DNA of 64,000 bases, taken from Octopus vulgaris. Its lineage: Eukaryota. A model generated the notes under the pieces. The model saw only the letters and a program-made list of their open reading frames with translations, had not been told where the DNA came from and did no database searches. The position numbers and the translations under genes are program-made. The stretch is from assembly GCA_951406725.2 (NCBI GenBank), contig OX597838.1, forward strand, positions 26,660,001 to 26,724,000, given 5' to 3'. Shown here piece after piece: positions 38,946-48,932 of this stretch (its first letter is position 1; each line of letters opens with the position of its first letter).

Positions 38946-39726
38946 AAAAAAAAAAAGATAAAAAACATTTTATCCACCTTTCAGTGACCTTTTTCCTAAG
39001 ACAGCTATGCTGTGATTTGAAGGAGATTTAACTTCTATTTCTAGCTGGTCAACAACTGTGCAGTGGAGGGGTCCCTCATCAGCATATAGAGCAGTTTATT
39101 AGGGTTCATGCTGCAGAAGATGATTGCTGTCACACCATCTAGCACAACAACATCAGACACCACTGCCATTTAATGTCTGATTTCCATGTTGGCATGAGTT
39201 GGACAGCTTGACAGGAACTGGCAAGGCCAGGGACCACACCAGACTCCATTGTCTGTTCAGGTATGGTTTCTATGGCTGGAAGCCCTTCCTAATGCCAACC
39301 ACTTTACAGAGTGTACTGGGTGCTTTTTAGATGGTACCAGCACCAGTGCCCACACCAATGATTTCTATGTGGCATCTGATTGTAGGATAGAGGGGATGTT
39401 TTTCCCTTTTTTTTTTGTACTTGCTGGGGGTCCAGAGAAAGATGCAGTGTCTGTGGTGTATTTTGGGCCCTCCAAGACTTGGTGAGATTGATATCATTAA
39501 TGATCTTGAACCCTTCCTTGTAAACCAACATCTGCAGGACTGGCATGAGCACGGTGGGAATTCCAGAGGGATGGAGACTGGAGGAGGAAGGATTGGGAGG
39601 AGTGATTAGTGCAGAGCCTTGTAGAGAGGAAGGGGTCAGTCACAACAAAAAATGATGAGAGGAGGAGAGACAAGTGGAATGGGAATGCATGAAAGGATGT
39701 GGCATAAGCCACACACACAGACATCA

Positions 39727-39777
<51 letters not shown>

Positions 39778-39779
39778 TA

Positions 39780-40082
39780 TCACATGATCGACCAGGCTAT
39801 CAGATGTAGTTACACATCGCTGGTCACAATGCGCTTCACATTGTTTTAGCCCTCAAATGATGCCACTCCGCTGGCTAAGCGAGCAGGCCAACAGAAGAAA
39901 GAGTGAGAAAAGGTTGTGGTGAAAGAGTACAGCAGGGATCATCACCACCCCCTGCTGGGGCCTCGTGGAGCTTTTAGGTGTTTTCGCTCAATAGACACTC
40001 ACAATGTCCGGTCTTGGAATCGAAACTGCAATCCTACGACCATGAATCTGCTGCCCTAACCACTGGGCCATTGCACCTCCAC
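39780..40082 (-). mobile_element. SINE family C
   Basis: Closely matches 12499-12783. Confidence 0.85.
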
Positions 40083-40399
40083 ATATATATGAATATACGT
40101 ATGCATAAATATTTATACTATAAAGCTGTATATACCTACTGAATGACAACCATTGTATCAAACGGTGAAAGGATGAAATTGCAGATGTTAAGCGGGTTGG
40201 ATAGGTCAACAAAAGTTTGGATTTGAGAGGGTTTTAAAGCTTTGGTTGTGTGAGTTTGGTGCAGGGCTTCAAGGGAACATATATGTGTGTGTGTGTCAGT
40301 GGATATACATGTGAGTGTGAGTGCGTGTGTCTGTGTAGCTGTGGTGGACCAACAGAAAAGTAGAAAGATAACACAATACAACAGACAGATATGTAAATC

Positions 40400-41420
40400 T
40401 ATCTGGTCTCACAATCTTATGATTCTCAAGAGTAACATTAGGTGTTAAATGGAAGGACTTGGAGCTATGATGTATTTCTCAGAGTCAAGACAAATACACC
40501 ATAAACAAATGAAATTCTGAGACTGATGGAATATATCTAAATAACTCTTCTTAATGACTCCGAGTGCATTTTCAACTTCTCTTTTCCTTATATGTGCATG
40601 TATGTATGTATATATGCATGTGTGCAATCAAGACACCATAAAAGAAAAATGGAGAATTATACATCTTCAAAATTCGTTTATTAAAATATTATTCTCATTA
40701 AATTCTCTACCCTTATTCCTTTACATTATGTGTGTGTGTGTGTGTGTGTGTGTGTTGGTAATAGTAAGGTTAGTCAGAAGACATTATTCCTTAGTTTATT
40801 TATATGCAAGAAATCTTCAAATTTTCCAATGAAATGAAATGAAATAAAATATTTTATTTTATTTCATTCCATTTCCTTAGAAAATGTGTGTGTGTGTATG
40901 TATTCTGTACACTGCCAGAGACACTTTGTTCCCCCCTTCCTGAAAAGTACAAAAACTGTGTGATAACATACAGAAGATGCAGATAGACATATTATCATTG
41001 ATAAGGTCACAGGATGTGATGAAAGAACTTAACCAACCAATTAATCAACTAATCAATCAATCTATGTTTTTAAATAACTCTCTAATTAATTAATAATAAA
41101 ACTGAAGCAAAATTGCATGAATTAGCTGCAAAGCCACTCCACTAGAATATAAAACAATACTCATACACACAAATACATACAGAAAAGAGAAGTTGAAAAT
41201 GCACTCGGAGTCTTTAAGAAGAGTTATTTACATTTACTTCATCAGTCTCAGAATTTCATTTGTCTGTGGTGTATTTGTTTTGACTCTGAGAAAGACATCA
41301 TAGCTCCAAGTCTTTCTGTCTAACACCTAATGCTACACTTGAAAATCATAAAATCGTGAGACCAGTGAAATTCAATGTAGATAAATCTTTTTAAAGACTC
41401 CAAGTGCGTCTTCATTTTCC
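40400..41420. repeat. Inverted pair of ~190-bp repeats (40402-40588 and 41181-41366); the right copy has its own imperfect TIRs (MITE-like)
   Basis: ctggtctcac...gactccgagtgcattttcaacttctctttt pairs with aaaagagaagttgaaaatgcactcggagtc...gtgagaccag. Confidence 0.85.
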
Positions 41421-41829
41421 ACTTCACTTTTCCATGTACTTCTACTCATGTAAAAGAAACTTATTTTCTTGTGTGTGTGTGCATATACAAATAAATGGAG
41501 AGAGAGATAAGGTAGATGGGGGTATGACAAGAAAAGGAAGATAAATGAGGGATAGATAAAATAGAGATAGAAAATAAAATTGGGAGAGAGATAAGTGAAG
41601 AGATAAGAAGCAAACAGATCAATAAAGATTGCCATGATGGTAGATTACATACATACACACACACACACACACTAGAAAGAGAGAGAATGCTGAATATACA
41701 TGCATCCAGACATACATATACATACATTATATATATATATACATATTCGGAGAGAGAAACACATATGCAAACAACAAAAAAATATGCAAATAAGCATATA
41801 TATATATATATATATATATATGCTTATTT

Positions 41830-41878
<49 letters not shown>

Positions 41879-42074
41879 CACACACATAAACATACAGATA
41901 TAAACACACATAAATATACAGATATAAACACACATAAATATACATACACACACACACACACTGCAGGAAAGAAATTTACATATATTTATATAGAGACGCA
42001 ATGAATGAAAGAATTAAAGAATGAGAAAGAATGGAAGGGAAAAATAAACCGAGACGCAAAAAGAAAGAACCTAC

Positions 42075-42243
42075 CATGAGGAACGACTCGAAAATCGTTG
42101 CAGATTAGTTTTTCCAAGTTCTCTTCCTTTCTCTTAGCCTGTATTTCCTTGTTATCATCGTAAGCACTAAGCACGTTGTGTGTGCAGATGGTTGCGATAT
42201 TCATCTGCGCATTCAGAGACTTTCTGCTGTTGGTGTTCCCCAT
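42075..42243 (-). CDS. Candidate alternative first coding exon of the GAS2-like gene (MGNTNS..., N-myristoylation motif)
   Basis: ATG in context ataATGG; 56 codons of non-repetitive sequence then G|gtaggt, a phase-1 donor compatible with the exon starting at 14840. No transcript evidence. Confidence 0.55.
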
Positions 42244-42263
42244 TATTAAACTGTGCCTACGAC

Positions 42264-42294
<31 letters not shown>

Positions 42295-43722
42295 GTTATT
42301 ATTGTTATTGTTTTTGCTTTTGGTATGATATCTGCGATTAAAGATGGCAGCAGACCATACAATACTTGCAAAGAATGTAAAGATTATTATGATTATTATT
42401 ATTATTATTATTATTATTGTTATTATTATTTCTGTGATTAAAGATAGCAGCAGACCTCAGCACTTTCAAAGAAAGTTCTTCTTCTTCTCCTTCTTCTTAT
42501 CAAATTCCCGACGTAGGAGACTGCATAAAATAAATATCACTTGTTGTGGCCTTTTAAACCACTTTTCGCTTTTAAATCGTATTTATATACTATCCATATA
42601 GTGTTTATATAGTATATAACATATAGTACAGTATTTATATAACATTTGCCTTCAGTTATGATTAAGATGGGATGTATTTAGCCATTAAAATTCGTCCTGG
42701 TTGCAGTTAATCTGTTAAAACTCGTTCATATTAATATTATCACTGGTTGTACTAATCTGTTAAGATATTTTCTTAACAGTATTAAGATTGGTTGTTAAGA
42801 TTAGTTCTTCCTATCAAAACTATTTATATTTTTATCTGTTAAGATCTTTTCTTAATACTTCATGTCTGGTTATATCTAACCTGTTAAAATATGTTAATAC
42901 TGTTAAGTCTGAATGTATTTTGTCTGCGTTCTTTATTCTACTAAGACTAACTGCATCACACTGCGAAGTTATGCTTCTAATATTATTACAACTGGCTATA
43001 TTAACCTGTTGTGATTTCTTTTACTGCTTTTAACACTGGTTCGAGCATTTTGTTATAAAATGTATCCTTATAGTAGTTCAAACTGATTTTACTAACCTCT
43101 TTTGATGTCTGCACTTATTGCTGTTAAAACTGGTTTGTATGAATCTCTTGGGTAATGCTGTTACAGTTGTGAAGAACAGTTACCAATATTTGGTTAACTG
43201 GTTGGTTGGTTATAATATTCCAAGTTTTCTACCTTAATTCTCTTAAAGTGGTTGTAATTTTTTAGTTATGAACCTCCTTTCTTCCACCTGTTATGTACTC
43301 ATAACGGTAACCTCTTAAAAGGCCTCCCCTTCCTTAATTCTATTAAAATCAGTTATATTAATCTATTAAAAACACCAAAACAACCCACCTCTTTTCTGCA
43401 GCTGTTAACAACTGGGTGCACTAAAATGTGTTTACATTAATCTGTTAATTCACTCAAAATTAATTGCAGCTTTCTTTAAGAAACAGCCTCCTTCTTAAAA
43501 TTGTTTATCACTGGTTATATTAAAAATGCAACTCACTCACAACAGTTAACATTTAGTTATACTAAACTATGTTTTCGTTAACCAGCTTGTCTCATTAACA
43601 TTAATAAACAACCTTCCTGTTAACAGCCTTATTAAAATCACAACTTTTTCGCAGCAGTTAACATCTAGTTGTACCAAAGTGTGTTTATGTTAATTGCATT
43701 GATTAGGTTGTCTTATTAAAAT

Positions 43723-44026
43723 TAGTTATAGTTTTCCGCAATAAACAGCCTCCTTCTTAAGAGCCGTTCAACACTGGTTTACACAAAATGCCTTGTTACA
43801 TTAATTAAAATTTTTCTTCCAATTGCTCTGTTAATAAACAGATTACGGTATTTTATAAAAATCTTCAAAGAAACTAGTTATAGTTTTCCGCAATAAACAG
43901 CCTTTTTCTTAAGAGCCGTTCACCACTGGTTTACACAAAATGCGTTGTTACATTAATTAAAATTTTTCTTCCAATTGCTCTGTTAAAAACAGATTACGGT
44001 ATTTTATAAAAATCTTTAAAGAAACT
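43723..44026. repeat. Direct tandem duplication of ~152 bp of otherwise unique DNA
   Basis: tagttatagttttccgcaataaacagcc starts at 43723 and 43875; the copies differ at only a few sites. Confidence 0.92.
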
Positions 44027-44149
44027 GCTAAACAGCTGCTAATCACTGGATTTCCAAAAACATTTGGTTGTATCTATATACAGATATATATATATACACG
44101 TGTATGTGTTATTAATTAGTTAAGAGTCCCGTGTCGTCTTCCTTAGAAC

Positions 44150-44460
44150 CGTTAATTTCACAAGAGTCATACTTGCTGCATTCTAAAACAGGTGTTTCTC
44201 ACTGACTGCCGTGGGATGCAGCACTTGCCAGATGCAGCGACGACAACAAAATTTTTCGCAGATTACCAACAACCCACAACATCTGTTCGTCCGTCCGTCC
44301 GTCCGTCCGCCCGTCTGCAGTGTCGCAATCAATGAAAATCTTATTATCGATGTAGACACTTTGTTACTCCGACTTCCAGCAGCAACTATTTTTACTGTTT
44401 CACTGCAAAAACACTTCCCTCCGACAAAGAGAAAAAGGGGGTGTGACGGGGGGGAGTGGT
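44150..44460 (-). promoter_or_regulatory. Possible internal promoter / 5' UTR start upstream of the candidate alternative exon
   Basis: Non-repetitive patch with more CpG than its surroundings (cgacgac, ttcgcag, cgtccgtccg, tcgca, ccgac). It heads a ~2 kb SINE-free stretch leading to the ATG at 42243. Inference only. Confidence 0.25.
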
Positions 44461-44842
44461 GGTTGAGTGACAGTGATTGTTATGATAGATAGTGGTGGTG
44501 GCAGTGGTGCAGACCAGGGTTGTAATTGGTAATTGAAATGGTGATGGTGATGACAGTGGTAAAGAGTGGTCATTCGGACGATTATAATAGGTGATGACTG
44601 GTGGCTGTAGTGGTGTTAGTGGCTGCAGTGGTGGCGGTGATAGTGGTTGTGGGATGATGGTGGTGGTGGTAGTGATGGAGGAGTATAATGATAGTAGTTA
44701 TAGTAATGGTGGCGGTAGCGATGTTGGTAGTAGTTGTAATAGTAGTGTTGGTGGTAGTGAAGGTGGTAGATAGTGATGGTTGTTATAATGATGATGGTGG
44801 TGGTGGTGGTGGTGTTGGTTATAATGGTGGTGGAAGCAGTTA

Positions 44843-45090
44843 GAGTCCAGAGCCTCTGGGTATTTACATAGTCCAGCACCCCTAAGCTCTTATAGAGTCC
44901 AGGGCCCCTCAGATTTTGCAGAGTCCAGCACCCCTAAGCTCTTATAGAGTCCAGGGCCCCTCAGATTTTGCAGAGTCCAGCACACCTAAGCTCTTATAGA
45001 GTCCAGGGCCCCTCAGGTTTTGCAGAGTCCAGCACCCCTAAGCTCTTATAGTGTCCAGCGCACCTAAGCTTTCTATAGTTTAAGGCCCCA
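44843..45090. repeat. 52-bp minisatellite built from two related 26-bp subunits
   Basis: gtccagcac starts at 44871, 44923, 44975 and 45027, alternating with gtccagggcccc. Confidence 0.92.
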
Positions 45091-45466
45091 CCATGTCTAA
45101 ATCCAACAGTGTTTGTAGACACTTCAACTAACATTACTATTTATTTGAAACTAGCAAAGGAGCTTCTAGGTTCATGTTTGACCTGCTAGAAATAGCAGCC
45201 AAATGTCTATCAAATTACACACTAAAGTCTTAAATAAAGAAGAAAATATTACATTATGTAGTCTCTGATATGCAATGTGTGTGGGTGGTGTTAGGAAGGG
45301 CATCCAGCTGTAAAAAGCCTGCCAAAACAGACACAGTAGCCTGGGGTAGTTTTTCTACCTGGCCCAGCTCTTATCAACCTTCCTAACTATGCGTGCATGG
45401 AAGGGGGACATTAAACGATGATGATGATGATATATGCAAGTATCTTTATTTATATATATATATGCA

Positions 45467-45500
<34 letters not shown>

Positions 45501-45836
45501 CTCAAAAATAAGCAAATTTTTGATTATAATCACCCCGCATATTTTTATGGTTAATACCATAAAAAAATTCTGGTGCATCTAAATTAAGTACCATATTCAT
45601 TTGAATCTAAATTGTTTGCTGAACTTATATACATATATATACATATATATATATAATATATAATAATATAATATAATATATATATTATATCTATATTATT
45701 TGTTATGTATTGGTTTATGTCTATCACTGTTTGAGTTGCCTAATAGTGGTTTTATCTCTAATTCATATTTTATATATAATATATAATCTGTGTGCGTGTG
45801 TGTGGGGGTATACATATATATATATATATATATATA

Positions 45837-46221
45837 TCTCTCTCTATATAAACGGCAGTTTGTCTGTGCGTGTTTCTGTGTGTCTGTTTGCTTGTACCCT
45901 CACCCTGACCACGGCTTTCAACGGATTCTGATGAAACTTGACACACACATAGCCCAATGTCATAATTCAAAACTAACGCAGCGAAAATTTTGAAAAGTTC
46001 TCCCAGTTCTGAAAAAAATCGATAAATTCGACATGGGGTCGAGAATCAGAAACACAAACCACAGACCGTCTAGGGGGCGCAACTCCACCTTTTTTAACTC
46101 TCAAAAAAAATTTACCATCATTTTTTTCCCATTTTTTTGCTATTTTTTGGCTATAACTCTCTAAAAATGCTTTATAGTTATTTCCCTTACAAACCTGAGC
46201 AACGCCGGGCGATACTGCTAG
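45837..46221 (+). mobile_element. Non-autonomous Helitron
   Basis: Starts TC(TC)nTATATAAA...gtctgt-rich. Ends with subterminal hairpin cctgagc-aac-gccggg and CTAG, inserted between A and T within (TA)n. Confidence 0.85.
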
Positions 46222-46243
46222 TATATATATATATGCATGTATG

Positions 46244-46279
<36 letters not shown>

Positions 46280-46295
46280 TGTATGTATATATCTC

Positions 46296-46866
46296 ATCTA
46301 GGTATGTCCCAAGACTGTTTCCACACGTTTTCCCCACTCTTCTTGGTCTTCCATAATGGTCCTCAGCTCCTGTACCTCTTCCACACCAGAATCCTCCAGC
46401 AAGTTGTCGATATAAGTCGTCTTCCTCCTTCCTCTCCTGGTTCTTCCTTCTGTTGGTTATGAGATTGTTAGCAATTTCATCGGTGTGTCTGATGCAGTGT
46501 CCAGCTGGCTTCATCCTTCTATGCTGTATCTTCAATGTTACTTTTGGTAGTCCCTGGTATAAGTGTCGGCATTTGTTGTATGACACTTCCAGGAGACATT
46601 GAGTACCATTCTAAGCATCCTCGTATAACAACCGTCCAACTGCTTCTTCAATGCTTTAGTGAGCGTCCATGTTTCAGCCCCGTATAGAAGAACAGACTCC
46701 ACTGTTACCAGAAACAACCTCACTATCAATTTCCTTGCCAAAATTGAACTCCTTACCTTTCTCAGTTTATGGCATACGCTCCAGGCCAAAGCTTTCCTTG
46801 CTATGATATCTTTTTCAGTACTTTGTGTCCACGCACCAAAGTATTTGAAATTTTCAACTACCTTCA
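46296..46866 (-). mobile_element. 5'-truncated RTE/RTEX-type LINE (RT thumb and C-terminus)
   Basis: ORFs 46538..46906 and 46218..46586: VVENFKYFGAW...VESVLLYGAETWTLTKALKKQLDGCYTRMLRMVLNVSW...RRMKPAGHCIRH; ends in a microsatellite tail. Confidence 0.92.
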
Positions 46867-46908
46867 GTGTATGTATGTGTGTGTGTGTATATATATACAC
46901 ACACACAC

Positions 46909-47145
46909 TTTATTTAAAAGCAGCAGAAATATAACAAAAGCTGTTACTCAGAGTTTCGCGTTCCCGTTTGTCGGACAGTTTTGTTCTATTTTAACAAAAC
47001 TGTCCGACAAACAGGAATGTGAAACTCTGAGTAACAGCTTTTGTTATATTTCTGCTGCTTTTAAATAAAGCATATTACTCTACCTCTGGTATTTGAGTAC
47101 TCTTTTTTTCCACCTTGTTTCACATTTATGTGCTTACTCTGGTAT
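46909..47145. mobile_element. Probable Penelope-like terminal-repeat remnant with inverted duplication (~77-bp-arm hairpin, 46909-47069)
   Basis: Arms pair with 3 mismatches around the loop ctatttt and contain a minimal hammerhead-like layout. The end motif caccttgtttcac..atttatgtg.ttactc.ggtatata is shared with 36858-36900. Confidence 0.65.
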
Positions 47146-47779
47146 ATATATATATATAAATAAATGCATGTATGTATGTATATGCATGTATACACACACA
47201 CACACACACACATTACCACAGATAGGACATCCTCTATCAGTAGGTGTGCTCAAGACAGGGCTGATGTAGATCTAAACAACAACTGTTACAACTATAAAGA
47301 CTAACAAAAATACTAATTATTTTTTCCTCCTCTCAAATCATTCCTTGCCCACCCCCTCAAAAGCATGCCCATGGACACAAGAACCCCCCCTCCCCCCAAG
47401 TCAAACCTCGTAAGATTTGAACTCAAAACTGAACACTGCAAGACACACTCTATTCAGCTTCCTCTTATTATACCTGCTGAATTGATCATACCGCACCCCT
47501 CTCAAAAACTATACGGTAGCAGCAATGACAGCAGCAATAATAGCAGCAGTAGCAGTAAATATTTATTTTTTTGAAAATGACTCTTTATCCTAAAGAACGT
47601 TCCAGACTGCCTCCCACCTTCTTGGCAGCAGACCAAGAAATGACTGTCTTTTCAGGTTATTACAAATATCGTCTCATCACTTGGAACAATGTCAATTACA
47701 CTTTAGTCGACAAGAGTACTCCATTAAAATTTTGAATCACAAAATCCTCAGCAGATCGATAGCCAATGATAACGACGCA

Positions 47780-47810
<31 letters not shown>

Positions 47811-47844
47811 TTAATAATAATAGTAATAATAATAATAATCATCA

Positions 47845-48660
47845 TCTTTTCTACTCTAGGCACTGAAATTTTTTTTGCGGGGAGGAGGCCAGTCGATTAG
47901 ATCAACCTCAGTACACAACTAGTACTTAATTTATCGACCCCGAAAGGATGAAAGGCAAAGTCGACCTCGGCGGAATTTGAACTCAGAACATAACGGCAGA
48001 TTAAATACCTATTTCTTTACTACCCACAAGGGGTTAAACACAGAGAAGACAAACAACAAGGACAGACAAATGGATTAAGTCGATTATATCAACCCCAGTG
48101 CGTAACTGGTACTTAATTTATCGACCCCGAAAGGATGAAAGGCAAAGTTGACCTCGGCAGAATTTGAACTCAGAACGTAGTGGCAGACGAAATACCTATT
48201 TCTTTATTACCCACAAGGGGCTAAACATAGAGGGGACAAACAAGGACAGACATAGGTATTAAGTCGATTACATCGACCCCAGTGCATAACTGGTACTTAA
48301 TTTATCGACCCCGAAAGGATGAAAGGCAAAGTCGACCTCGGCGGAATTTGAACTCAGAACGTAGCAGCAGACGAAATACCGCAAAGCATTTCGCCCAGCG
48401 TGCTAACGATTCTGCCAGCTCGCCGCCTTAATAGTAATAATAATAATCCTTTCTACTAAAGGAACAAGGCCTGAAATTTGGGGGGGAAGGGACTAGTTGA
48501 TTACATCGACCACAGTGTGTAACTGGTACTTAATTTATCCAACCCCCGAAAGGATGAAATGGCAAAGTCAACCTCGGTTGAATTTGAACTCAGAATGTAA
48601 AGATGGACGAAATGTTGCAAAGCATTTTGCCTGGAGTGCTAATGATTCTGTCATTTTGCT
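47845..48660 (-). mobile_element. SINE family B with internal tandem triplication (~185-bp period), plus an adjacent copy
   Basis: ttatcgaccccgaaaggatgaaaggcaaag starts at ~47931, ~48118 and ~48302, and again at ~48535. Confidence 0.88.
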
Positions 48661-48932
48661 AATGGTGTGTTTACATCCCTGTAACTTAGCGGTTCGGCAA
48701 AACAGATGGATAGAATAAGTACCAGGCTTTACAAAAATTATAAGTACTGGAGTTAATTCGTTGAATAAAATTCTTCGCTGTGGTGCCCCAGCATGGCCAC
48801 AATATAACAACTGAAACAAGTACAGGATAAAAGATATGTTCACTTTCCATGTTCAAAGGGTCAAATCTCTCTAAATTGCTAATTGTTTCTGAAATTTTAT
48901 TGAAACGAATGAACAGTGTATTTCATTAGAAA

